Positions 37,632-46,754 of a stretch of DNA of 64,000 nt are shown piece after piece. The position numbers were made by a program, and so were the translations under genes. The notes under the pieces are model-generated. The model made no database searches and had not been told where the DNA came from. It saw only the letters and a program-made list of their open reading frames with translations. Position 1 is the stretch's first letter; every line of letters begins with the position of its first letter. Source of the DNA: a bacterium (GTDB taxonomy: Bacteria; Patescibacteriota; Minisyncoccia; Phycocordibacterales; Zambryskibacteraceae); contig JAUSDP010000020.1 of the NCBI GenBank assembly GCA_030650605.1, positions 13,486 to 77,485 of the forward strand, read 5' to 3'.

Positions 37632-38846
37632 CTATCGAGCTAATTTTTTAGCAGCAGCTTTGGCTTCTTTTTCAAGTGCCTTTGCCGCCTTTTCTTCAGC
37701 TGCTTTCAGCGCTTTTTCTTCGGCTTTGCGCTCCTTATCAACCGCTTTGGCCGCTTTTTCTTCGTCAGTGGCAATCACTGGTGGCTTCATGATGGCGTCC
37801 AGACGCTCTCCACTCAATTCAGACGCAGCAATTTTCCACGCATTCAAATAGACAGCAATTGATGGATCAGCTTTGATCAACGAGTTATTGTTAAAAATCG
37901 TATCGGTCACATCAACATTGTCACCAGTATTAATCGCGATCGCCACATCATTGAGGCGAATACGGCCAAGTCCATTACGAGTTTGTCCACCGATGGACGT
38001 TTTTGCCAGTCCATCAAGACTTAACAAAAATAGACCAATTTGTGCATCGGTAACATCGGTCAATTCAACAGTAAAATCAAAATCAACGCCTGGATCTACA
38101 AATTCAAATGCACTCCACGCTTTAGTGCTGTTGCGACTTCCTTTTTCTTCTGCGTCCTTCGCTAGCTGATCCTCAATGATCAACCGCTGACGTGCATTAA
38201 ATTGAACTTCAAAGTCCGTTACAACACCTTCCATCCGATCTACATCAAGAAGTGCACTAACGTCATCGCCGCGTCGAAATGCCGCCCCGCGCGAAATATT
38301 CATGCCCGATGTTGCTTTCCCTACTCCCCGTGGGTGACCTACAGAAAAGCCAGATGATCGCAGACTATCCATGACGGGCACTGCATCAAGAACACGCATA
38401 CGACGACGCAACATACGCGGACCACCACCAAAAAGTCCAACATAAGGATGTGACGATACCTCCTTATATTCAGCAAACGTCAGATCGCGAGAATCGGGCT
38501 TTCCTGTCACAGCGCCGCAAGTAATTGCAGAGTACGTTTGCAAAGTGATCTTTTGATTCTTCTCACGAAGAACATTGACAAGAATTTGAGCACCCTGACG
38601 ACGCAAACGACCTGCAATATTATTCGCGGCAATGACAGCGACACCATAATCGAGTCCATCGACAGATCCAGGGGCAAAACGACGACGCTGAATACCGGCA
38701 CAGGCGATGCCTCCTTTGGTTCCGTTTTTAACAAGGCCATAGCCGGTTGAATCGCTTACTTCGTAGCGGAAGGTTTCTGGTGATGCGATGTGCAATGGAG
38801 ACAAAGTAGTCAAGATTGCGTGGATGGTGACTGATTTTTTGGACAT
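37632..38846 (-). CDS. csf2: Cas7-group RAMP, Csf2-like backbone protein, with an unusual Lys/Ala/Glu-rich C-terminal tail
   Basis: N-terminal TTLSPLHIASPE (Cas7 signature); about 350-aa RAMP body; C-terminal EEKAAKAVDKERKAEEKALKAAEEKAAKALEKEAKAAAKKLAR. Confidence 0.55.
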   Translation of the reverse strand: MSKKSVTIHAILTTLSPLHIASPETFRYEVSDSTGYGLVKNGTKGGIACAGIQRRRFAPGSVDGLDYGVAVIAANNIAGRLRRQGAQILVNVLREKNQKITLQTYSAITCGAVTGKPDSRDLTFAEYKEVSSHPYVGLFGGGPRMLRRRMRVLDAVPVMDSLRSSGFSVGHPRGVGKATSGMNISRGAAFRRGDDVSALLDVDRMEGVVTDFEVQFNARQRLIIEDQLAKDAEEKGSRNSTKAWSAFEFVDPGVDFDFTVELTDVTDAQIGLFLLSLDGLAKTSIGGQTRNGLGRIRLNDVAIAINTGDNVDVTDTIFNNNSLIKADPSIAVYLNAWKIAASELSGERLDAIMKPPVIATDEEKAAKAVDKERKAEEKALKAAEEKAAKALEKEAKAAAKKLAR

Positions 38847-38902
38847 GATATTAAGCTTTCTAGTTGAGTTAAATGAACAGCTAATAAATTACAAATACGG
38901 GA

Positions 38903-39670
38903 TTAATCACTGGTTTCTGCAGGTGTGAAATCATCGATACCGGCACCTGGGGTCAATAAGAATCGTAGTCCCCATGTTTCGCCTAGCGTCAAATTTCTCA
39001 AAAATTCAATTTCATTCTTAAATTGTTTCAATAGATCAGCATGTATTTCCGCTTTCGCTGGATCTGAAGGCATGTTGAGACGAAGCGTTCCATGTCCGAT
39101 TTCTTTCAAATCGGCAGACAAACGAAGAAATGGATGGACCAATGTTTTCGCCGTTGCTTCAAATCCAAACGCTTTACCAACCTGCTGACTGACCTCGACG
39201 GCCTGCATCAAAATGGCATGTCTGATTTTTACATCCCGCAGTCCAACCCGTACATAAAACAATTCGGGAGAGAAATTCACGGGCGCTCGCCATGCCATAT
39301 GTTGATTATTTGCCGTGGCATACACCGCCACAAAGGGTTCTTGCGGTGGATTAGTCAATGCGGAAGAAATTTCGAGCCACTTGCGAAATGGAATATAGGC
39401 AGACTTGGTAAATACGCCATATCCTGTTTCTTTCAATGCAGTTGCACTCATCAAAGTGGCGCAATATCCACACATCAAATCACTACCACGTGCAGCGAGA
39501 GACAAGTCATCCATGAAAGCTGCAGATACTGAGAACGGGCTAGACAGATCACCAACGGCAATATGCAATCCGCAAAAAGCACAGCAACCTTCTTTTTTGG
39601 AAGCAACCCCTTCAGGCGATTCACCTCGGGACTGCGTCACAATCACAGAGGAAGTTATAGTTAAGCTCAT
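38903..39670 (-). CDS. csf1: Csf1-like zinc-finger small subunit (Cas8-like)
   Basis: CCAFCG ... CGYC zinc finger; ATG overlaps the cas6 stop (ATGA) with GGAGGA RBS; position matches csf1. Confidence 0.5.
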   Translation of the reverse strand: MSLTITSSVIVTQSRGESPEGVASKKEGCCAFCGLHIAVGDLSSPFSVSAAFMDDLSLAARGSDLMCGYCATLMSATALKETGYGVFTKSAYIPFRKWLEISSALTNPPQEPFVAVYATANNQHMAWRAPVNFSPELFYVRVGLRDVKIRHAILMQAVEVSQQVGKAFGFEATAKTLVHPFLRLSADLKEIGHGTLRLNMPSDPAKAEIHADLLKQFKNEIEFLRNLTLGETWGLRFLLTPGAGIDDFTPAETSD

Positions 39671-40416
39671 CGTTCTATCCTCCGACGAATCAATCCATAT
39701 CCACGCGAACGCAGTTTTCCTGCCATCCAAGGACCATTTAGTGAAATGTTGGTACAAAAGGTAATATTCTTAAAAGCCGCTGCAGGAATCCCGGGCTTAA
39801 TCGGAATTGGTACTGACTCTCCTTCTAAAATATCCAAAATAAGACTGTCGTCAGATGGGATACCATGCTCTAGAAGATGTGGCGTACCAAGGTCTTCATC
39901 GAGCCACCGAGCCATAGAGATCAGACCGTTTAAAATTTCTTTTTTAATTTCAGGCGCTCGCTCTTGAGCCGTCACACCAAAAAAGTGAGAAAGCTTCGCC
40001 GGTTTTTTTGACACGATCAATTTACGGATGGAGTAAAGGATCGGTTCGCTCATTTGAAGCTCACAATCACCGTGTTTAAATTCCATACGGTATGGCCCAC
40101 CGAGATGTTTGGACAGTGCTGTCACGATCGACGCAGTATGTTCTGCCAATAAGTCCGTGCCAGATTTGCCAATACCATAGATGCGAATAAATCCGTTTCC
40201 ACCATCAAAAATAATGCTTGGAGGTAGACCGAAACCTTCTCCCTTGCGATCATCTCCATAACGACCCTGGAGTGTTTTACCATCTGGGCCGCGAGCGAAA
40301 ATAGCAGGATCAATTGATCGACCATCACAAGCCTTGGCCACTAACGATCGGGCATCTTCAGGATAGATCTGCTGCCCTTTTAGTACTTCAGGAAATAACA
40401 AAAGTTCTTTATACAT
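39667..40416 (-). CDS. cas6: Cas6 endoribonuclease (Cas6e/Csf5-like)
   Basis: C-terminal Gly-rich loop AGKLRSRGYGLI resembles Cas6e GxxKSMGCGLL; first gene of the operon. Confidence 0.6.
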   Translation of the reverse strand: MYKELLLFPEVLKGQQIYPEDARSLVAKACDGRSIDPAIFARGPDGKTLQGRYGDDRKGEGFGLPPSIIFDGGNGFIRIYGIGKSGTDLLAEHTASIVTALSKHLGGPYRMEFKHGDCELQMSEPILYSIRKLIVSKKPAKLSHFFGVTAQERAPEIKKEILNGLISMARWLDEDLGTPHLLEHGIPSDDSLILDILEGESVPIPIKPGIPAAAFKNITFCTNISLNGPWMAGKLRSRGYGLIRRRIER

Positions 40417-40574
40417 GTTGTGTGTCCAATTATTTGTTTAGTTGGTGTAACGAATATTACTCTACAAAAAAAATATAGCAAGTAGGAATTTAATTTTAAT
40501 AAGTAAATACACTTGATGAAATTTTCTTTATTTGGGCTATAATTTGCCCATATTAACCAATGCCGAGGATTCTC
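40417..40574. promoter_or_regulatory. divergent promoter region between the cas operon (minus) and dinG (plus)
   Basis: AT-rich 158 bp; TATAAT at about 40538 on the plus strand; TTGCTA-16-TAATAT on the minus strand. Confidence 0.35.
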
Positions 40575-42872
40575 ATGAACGCAGCCGCACAGCGAAATGT
40601 ACAAGTGCCTTTGGTAGATCCCGTCAAAAACCACGTCGGGGCCTCGATCTCAGATGCTTATCGCAGTCTTATTCGTTTTGCCATTAATGCAAAACTACCT
40701 CCGAAAGCAGTAGAACTTGAAGGTATTCCTCGTGTAAGCGTGTTTTTCCCGCCTGCGTTATTCGCTCAAATCTCAGAAATCGCTGAACTTCATCAACTGT
40801 CATATCAATCTACAGTAGCTGGGCTGGCGATAGCCGGTGCAGAAAAAATAGCCGAAAAAAATGAATTGGTAGAACAATTCAAAAGTGATGTTCCATTTAG
40901 GGCGCGTCCGGAACAAGTTCTTTTCTACCAATCAATTATGGCCGGGCTGTCATCATCTAAAATCGTCGTTGCAGAAGCCTCTACTGGCGCAGGCAAGGGA
41001 CGTGCATTGATGGCTGCCGCTATCGCATCAGCTCAAAACGGAAAACTCCCTGTCATCGTCGCAGCACCAACAATCGTCGTCGTTAATCAACTATGGGCTG
41101 AACTGCAGGTACTTCGCACGCAAGACAATATGGGACCGCTTATTTCAGCAACGATCCTACCTGGCTCTGCAGATCTGGCAGATGACGTCAAACTTTTGGA
41201 GTGGGCAAACGATCCTGATTTTAATCAACTCGATCCTGCGGTGACAGAATGGATCCTTAAGGGTGGACCTCACAAAGCTAACGATGCGATGGCGCAAGTA
41301 GCCAAAGAACAAGGAATTACCCTTTGCTGGATGATGTCCGACTTGCAAGAGATTGCAACTAACTTCCCTTCTGATGACTATGTTTTAACGACGAATAGCG
41401 AAGACAAGACAACGCTCTCGCAATCGCGAGAATTGTTAGCCAAAATTCGTGAAGCCGCCAATCGGAAAGACGTCGATAAAAATATGAACACGGTTCACGC
41501 CGGTGCGGACATTATCCTTTGCACCCACGCCATGTTAGCGCTTGGACAAATGACAAAATGGGTTGTGCTCCCGCAACCAAAAGTGCTGATCGTCGACGAA
41601 GCCCATCTTCTAGAAGAAACAATTTCAAGAATGAATAGTCAGCAAATTTCACTATTTTCGATTAGTTATCGCCTAAGCCGTTTTTGCCGCGCAACAGGGG
41701 CAGGAAAAGGAACCGTAGCCAGGGACACTCAAGCAAAGGCCAAACAGTTCCTGCGTACTTGTATGGAAATGTCAAACAATGATATTCGTCAAAAACTCAA
41801 TGACGATCCGTCTAAATATGACACTGTTCAAAAGGGATTGGCCAGTCTCGCCAATATGGTTAAAAACAAGGTTTTTAAGTCGGATCCAACCATTCAAAAA
41901 GATATGTATTCTCTTTTGTCTGGCACAGCCAATATGATGGAGAAGGATCGGTCCAAAAACAGTACGCATCTTCAATTCTCTCCTGATAGGCGGTACCCAT
42001 TGATCAGTGTCGGAGCCGATACGATCGGAATGCAGGCTGGAGCCATTTGGAAGACCGTAGACGGTGGTGCCGTACTTGCGTCGGCTACCATGTACATCAC
42101 CGATGAATATGGCAACCAGAAGTGCGATTACGTGGTTCGAAATCTTTCAATCCCGCTCTCCAGGCTGGACACCCCTCTTCCTGTCGTGAGCAGCTATATT
42201 TACACCCTTCCAACACTATACTTACCAAAAAAAGAAAACTATGCGGCACTGTCTCGCCCAGCATTGAAAGAGAGGGAGGACCCTCAAGTGGAGAAAGAAT
42301 GGTTGAAAAATATTGCTGATGTTGTCGCCAAAAATGCTAAAACATGCAAAGGCGGAACGCTGGTACTCACAAATTCCTATGACCAGATTGACGAGATCTC
42401 CACGCAACTGAAAGAAAAATACCCTGAGATCGCGGCCAGAGTCATTGTCCAGGTACGCAAGGCAAAATTTTCAGCCGCAGTGAACGCATTCACTCTGGCG
42501 CATAGCAATGGCGTAAAGCCGATTTTGATTGGGCTTGGCCCGGCCTGGACAGGGCTCAATTTGTCGCAAGATGTATCCGATCCTAAAAAAGATACTCTGC
42601 TGATGGACCTTGTCATCGCCTGTAGCCCGATCGGACTGAACCAAACTGCGACAATGCTTCGCCGTATTGAGCAAACCAATACAAGTGCGATAGCGAAAGA
42701 AGGACTACTTATTTTAAAACAAGGGCTTGGGCGGTTGATTCGTCGCGATGGTGTTGAAGGACGTCGAATTTGGATCTTGGATGGCAGAATCTGGTCAGAT
42801 AATTGGCTGAAGCAATTTACGGGGCCGGCTAAACGTTTGTTGGGTAAATATAAAAATGTGGATTATTTTTAG
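40575..42872 (+). CDS. csf4: DinG-family (Rad3/XPD-like) SF2 helicase, CasDinG/Csf4-like
   Basis: Walker A AEASTGAGKGRA; DEAH box VDEAHLLEE; about 766 aa; GAGGA RBS; divergent from the cas operon. Confidence 0.8.
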   Translation: MNAAAQRNVQVPLVDPVKNHVGASISDAYRSLIRFAINAKLPPKAVELEGIPRVSVFFPPALFAQISEIAELHQLSYQSTVAGLAIAGAEKIAEKNELVEQFKSDVPFRARPEQVLFYQSIMAGLSSSKIVVAEASTGAGKGRALMAAAIASAQNGKLPVIVAAPTIVVVNQLWAELQVLRTQDNMGPLISATILPGSADLADDVKLLEWANDPDFNQLDPAVTEWILKGGPHKANDAMAQVAKEQGITLCWMMSDLQEIATNFPSDDYVLTTNSEDKTTLSQSRELLAKIREAANRKDVDKNMNTVHAGADIILCTHAMLALGQMTKWVVLPQPKVLIVDEAHLLEETISRMNSQQISLFSISYRLSRFCRATGAGKGTVARDTQAKAKQFLRTCMEMSNNDIRQKLNDDPSKYDTVQKGLASLANMVKNKVFKSDPTIQKDMYSLLSGTANMMEKDRSKNSTHLQFSPDRRYPLISVGADTIGMQAGAIWKTVDGGAVLASATMYITDEYGNQKCDYVVRNLSIPLSRLDTPLPVVSSYIYTLPTLYLPKKENYAALSRPALKEREDPQVEKEWLKNIADVVAKNAKTCKGGTLVLTNSYDQIDEISTQLKEKYPEIAARVIVQVRKAKFSAAVNAFTLAHSNGVKPILIGLGPAWTGLNLSQDVSDPKKDTLLMDLVIACSPIGLNQTATMLRRIEQTNTSAIAKEGLLILKQGLGRLIRRDGVEGRRIWILDGRIWSDNWLKQFTGPAKRLLGKYKNVDYF

Positions 42873-43130
42873 AAAGCTCATTTACCCTCATTATTTTTTT
42901 AAAATTCAACCTTCGCTGAACCAGTTCCAATTAAGGCGGTCATGCAAACGTCTCTAGTTGCCACTGCTTAATGAGCAGTTGCAATTCCAGCGAAATTTTA
43001 AGCAATCCAGGCCGGCCCACTTCCTAGTATTGCTGCAATCCTGATCATTTCTTAAAAAAACTAGCGTTGGTGTGGAATATATATATAATTGATTCATTAG
43101 TGAGGCATAAACAAATTTAATGCATCACAA

Positions 43131-43463
43131 ATGAATCAGAAAGCTTCCATGAAAAACTCCTTCATACCCTCATTCCAGTGTGAATCTGCCCTTGAAGACA
43201 TGGGTAGTAAGTTGCGCATTGCGCGACTTCGCCGTAACGAGTCGGTGCAAATCGCCGCGCAACGTCTTGGCATCTCTCGCGCCAAGTATCAACGGCTTGA
43301 AAATGGCGACTCGAACGTATCCGCTGGCGCATTGATTGAAGCGCTCATCCTGTACGGCTTTGAATCGCAGGTATTTGCCCTGGCGGACCCAGATTTAGAT
43401 GAAACTGGAAAAAGGTTAGAAAAACAATTGCTCCCAAAACGAGGACGTACTCATGCAAAGTAA
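43131..43463 (+). CDS. hipB: HipB-like XRE HTH antitoxin (start uncertain)
   Basis: LRIARLRRNESVQIAAQRLGISRAKYQRLENG is an XRE HTH; overlaps the downstream hipA by 11 nt. Confidence 0.7.
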   Translation: MNQKASMKNSFIPSFQCESALEDMGSKLRIARLRRNESVQIAAQRLGISRAKYQRLENGDSNVSAGALIEALILYGFESQVFALADPDLDETGKRLEKQLLPKRGRTHAK

Positions 43464-44775
43464 ATCGAAATTAATAGAAACACCACTCTATGTTTACAAG
43501 ACGGGCGAGGATCTCCCTATATTAATTGGAGAACTTGGCTTTATTTCCGACACGCAGAATGAGTTCCTTGCACAATTTAATTACGATGCGTCGTACATAA
43601 TTCGACCTGATGCATTCGCAATCGATCCGTTGAATATGCCGTTGGCTGCACCAACCAAAGAATACAGCACCACAAATAGGTATCACGTTCTTGGAGCATT
43701 GTTTGACGCAGCTCCAGATGCTTGGGGCCGTAAGGTAATCAGTGCGAAAGTTGGCGTTTCCCAGGCATCAGAAAAAACCATTCTGTTAAAGGGAAACGGA
43801 ATGGGTGTCGGTGAGCTTTTCTTTTCAGCATCCCTGCTTGAAAGTAACCCCACTTTTCTTAAAATTCCAACTATTGACCAAATTGAGCAACTGGCCAGCC
43901 CGATCACGCAAGTAGATGAAGGGGCTAAATTTAATCCAGCTTGGGAAAATCTATTGATCAGTTCCTGGGACATTGGCGGGGCCAGGCCGAAGGCAATTGT
44001 TTTGGACGAATCGGGCGAGCACTGGATTGCAAAATTTCCTCGCAAGGGTGAAACATATGATCGCCAACGCGTCGAATGGGCGAACCTTGAAATGGCGGCC
44101 GACATTGGCATGGATGTACCGGAACGCAGGCTTATCGAGACGCAATATGGCGCCGTATTGCTGGTCAAACGATTTGATCGCAGCTTGGACAAGAAAAGCC
44201 ACTATCTGAGCGCAGCATCAGTCATCAGTCCGTCGCCGACAATTGATAAACGTCAAATCGATGCTCCAATCGGACAGGCAACGTTTTCCTATGCACGTAT
44301 CGCCGACACGATACAACGAATCTCAAATTATCCTAGTCGGGATCTGCAGGAACTTTATGCAAGAATGGTTTTCAATGTTCTTACCCACAATACGGACGAC
44401 CATCTAAAAAATACAGGCTTTCTAAGAGTAAAAGATGCACGGGATCCATATGCATATCGACTGTCGCCATTGTTCGATGTGGTGACCCAGGAGGGATCTC
44501 TAAAGCACATGCTACAGATCGGGAAAGCTGGGCGCGAGAGCACTATAGAAAATGCACTCTCCAACGTGCGTCGCATGAGAATAAAAGAGGACGCGGCGCA
44601 AAAAATCGTGCAAATAGCGCGATCTGTGTTTGATCGCCGAGCAGAATATTACGACAGAGCCGGATTGCAATCAGATGAAGTTGAGGCATTGGAAAGGTGT
44701 TTCACATGGCTGAGATCTGCTCGGGTTGCGGATGTTGAAATTGAAGACGAAGAGAGTGGATCGGCACCGCGATAG
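43453..44775 (+). CDS. hipA: HipA-family serine/threonine kinase toxin
   Basis: DIGGARPKAIV and VLTHNTDDHLKNTGF motifs (HipA P-loop-like and catalytic motifs). Confidence 0.85.
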   Translation: MQSKSKLIETPLYVYKTGEDLPILIGELGFISDTQNEFLAQFNYDASYIIRPDAFAIDPLNMPLAAPTKEYSTTNRYHVLGALFDAAPDAWGRKVISAKVGVSQASEKTILLKGNGMGVGELFFSASLLESNPTFLKIPTIDQIEQLASPITQVDEGAKFNPAWENLLISSWDIGGARPKAIVLDESGEHWIAKFPRKGETYDRQRVEWANLEMAADIGMDVPERRLIETQYGAVLLVKRFDRSLDKKSHYLSAASVISPSPTIDKRQIDAPIGQATFSYARIADTIQRISNYPSRDLQELYARMVFNVLTHNTDDHLKNTGFLRVKDARDPYAYRLSPLFDVVTQEGSLKHMLQIGKAGRESTIENALSNVRRMRIKEDAAQKIVQIARSVFDRRAEYYDRAGLQSDEVEALERCFTWLRSARVADVEIEDEESGSAPR

Positions 44776-44789
44776 TTTATCGTGCGTAT

Positions 44790-44880
44790 TTTTCCTCTCA
44801 AAACAACATAAATTACAAATTGAGAGGAAAAATACTGCTTTACTCCATCTAAATATTACATCTCAAATTTGAGAAATAAT
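44790..44880. promoter_or_regulatory. palindromic operator-like elements upstream of the second hipBA pair
   Basis: CCTCTCAA-N17-TTGAGAGG inverted repeat and the perfect 14-bp palindrome TCTCAAATTTGAGA; further TCTCAAA/AGAAA half-sites up to 44990. Confidence 0.4.
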
Positions 44881-45030
44881 GTTTGCATTGTGGGCTCATT
44901 CTATCTATATTTATCAAATACGAGAAACGATGTAACGAAAAAGTCAAAAATAATCATTATTTCTCAAAAATTAGAAATAATTGTGAACATCGCTCATAAC
45001 TTATTAAAGATTTATCAGATTTAGACAATT

Positions 45031-45336
45031 ATGGCTGGCAAATTCCCTAAAATTACCAATCCTCCATCACCTCAAATTTCCTCAGCGCAGGAATTAGGGC
45101 TATGGATACGCGCACGCCGCATTGCGGCCGGCATTCGTATTGATGATGCCGCCGCACTTTCTAACGTGTCGGTGCAATTGTTGTCGGATTTGGAAAATGG
45201 CAATCGCTCGGTCGGTATCGATAAAGTGTTTGCGGTAATCAATTGCTTAGGGCTGGACCTGATGGTAAAGCCACGCGGTGAAGATCTCGACGACAGAGAT
45301 GCAGAAACTGAGGCTGACAATGCTCCCAAAAACTAA
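45031..45336 (+). CDS. hipB: HipB-like XRE HTH antitoxin (second copy)
   Basis: LWIRARRIAAGIRIDDAAALSNVSVQLLSDLENG. Confidence 0.7.
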   Translation: MAGKFPKITNPPSPQISSAQELGLWIRARRIAAGIRIDDAAALSNVSVQLLSDLENGNRSVGIDKVFAVINCLGLDLMVKPRGEDLDDRDAETEADNAPKN

Positions 45337-46696
45337 CGAACTGATTATCTGGATCGAAAATATTCGGGTAGGTGCGCTTGAGGTCAATGAGCTGGGGCAA
45401 TTCCGACTGAATTATGAGTCCGCCTGGGTCGCATCCCCCACTGGCTATCCAATTTCACCAACACTTCCTCTTGCAGGCAGCGAGGATTCTGCCGAAATAC
45501 ACTCCGCAAAAGTACGTTTCTTCTTTTCGAATCTATTGCCAGAGGGAAAAAGCCTTGACGAAGCCGTCCTGGCGAATGGACTATCGAAGTCAAATGTCTT
45601 CGGCCTGCTTCACGCCTTGGGCAAAGAGAGTGCCGGCGCATTAATGCTCTTGCCTCCAAGTCAGCACCCAGAAACGCTTACTAGCGATAGTGATTTGCGC
45701 GAAATCACCAATGCTGAACTTTCCGAGCGAATTCGGGCGATGCCCAACGTCCCCTTTTCCGTTTGGGATGGCAAAGTGCGTATGTCCATCGCCGGATACC
45801 AAGCCAAACTGGCCGTCCACAAGACTCAAGATGGACGCCTGTGGTTAGCGAGCGGGAAGAGCGCTTCCACGCACATTTTAAAGCCTCAGGCGAGCGCATT
45901 GAATGAATGCCAAGTCGCCAATGAGTATTTCTGCATGCGCTTAGCCGCTATGTCAGGCATCGAGTCGGCCGAGGTTGATATTCTGCGCGTGCCAGAACCT
46001 ATCTTAGTGATCAAACGATTTGATCGCCAGCTGATCAGTGGCGTTGCACGCCGCTTGCATATCATTGATGCCTGCCAGGCGCTCAACAAGTCACCAGAAC
46101 AAAAATATGAACGCAATTTCGGAGCCGGCGAACACGTAAAACACATCCGGGATGGCGTCTCGATTAAAAACTTGTTCTCGATCACCGACTTAGCAACCAA
46201 TAAGGCCGATATGACCTTGCGCCAGTTGCGCTGGCTTATTTTTCAGCACTTGATCGGCAACTCGGATGCACACGGAAAAAACATGTCGTTTTACGTGGCG
46301 CGTGATGGGCTGAAAATGGCTCCAGCCTACGATCAACTCAGTGTAACTATCTACCCGACAATCAATCATGAATTTGCCATGGCAATTGGTGATGAGTTCC
46401 TGGAAGAGGCAATTCGGGCTTACCAGTGGGCCGACTTCGCCATTCAAGTCGGACTCAACCCTGGCTTGGTCGCACGCACGATTAAACATGTCGCTAACAA
46501 AGCAAATCGTGCGCTGCCAACTCTCTTGGCAGATCCGATATTGACTGATGTTGAGAAGAACTTTCTCAACAGGTTGGCGAATCAAATCCAGGTGCGAGTT
46601 GAAAAGTTTTTGGAAATTGCAAAAATTCTTCCTGGCGTTGCTCGCGATATCGCTGATGAAGACGTTGCTGTAACTCTTACTGATATTTGCAAATAA
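45320..46696 (+). CDS. hipA: HipA-family kinase toxin (second, divergent paralogue)
   Basis: SIAGYQAKLAV and LIGNSDAHGKNMSF motifs; GAGG RBS before MLPKTNE; overlaps hipB by 17 nt. Confidence 0.85.
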   Translation: MLPKTNELIIWIENIRVGALEVNELGQFRLNYESAWVASPTGYPISPTLPLAGSEDSAEIHSAKVRFFFSNLLPEGKSLDEAVLANGLSKSNVFGLLHALGKESAGALMLLPPSQHPETLTSDSDLREITNAELSERIRAMPNVPFSVWDGKVRMSIAGYQAKLAVHKTQDGRLWLASGKSASTHILKPQASALNECQVANEYFCMRLAAMSGIESAEVDILRVPEPILVIKRFDRQLISGVARRLHIIDACQALNKSPEQKYERNFGAGEHVKHIRDGVSIKNLFSITDLATNKADMTLRQLRWLIFQHLIGNSDAHGKNMSFYVARDGLKMAPAYDQLSVTIYPTINHEFAMAIGDEFLEEAIRAYQWADFAIQVGLNPGLVARTIKHVANKANRALPTLLADPILTDVEKNFLNRLANQIQVRVEKFLEIAKILPGVARDIADEDVAVTLTDICK

Positions 46697-46704
46697 AAAA
46701 ATGA

Positions 46705-46730
46705 ATTCAAAATTTTGAATCCTTCAATCG
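46705..46730 (-). terminator. AT-rich palindrome (TTCAAAATTTTGAA core), candidate minus-strand terminator
   Basis: Perfect 14-bp palindrome flanked by an A-run on plus and a T-run on minus; follows the 92-aa minus-strand gene. Confidence 0.3.
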
Positions 46731-46754
46731 CAAACGTTTCTGAACATTGAAATA

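Noticed and set aside
37660-38169. Plus-strand ORFs 37660-37851 and 37873-38169 inside csf2
   Set aside because: They are antisense, low-complexity (Ala/Ser-rich) mirrors of the KAE tail and the Cas7 body.
36886-40416. Possibility that the cas genes are a degenerate type I-E cascade
   Set aside because: There is no Cas3, Cse1 (about 500 aa) or Cse2. The zinc-finger 255-aa protein and the gene order cas6-csf1-cas7-cas5 plus DinG fit type IV-A, not I-E.
43683-44192. Minus-strand ORFs inside hipA (43683-44192, 43951-44202)
   Set aside because: They are antisense to a strongly supported kinase gene.
44790-44830. CCTCTCAA ... TTGAGAGG hairpin as an intrinsic terminator of hipA-1
   Set aside because: There is no downstream T-tract on the plus strand. 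It is more consistent with an operator, so it is reported as regulatory instead.
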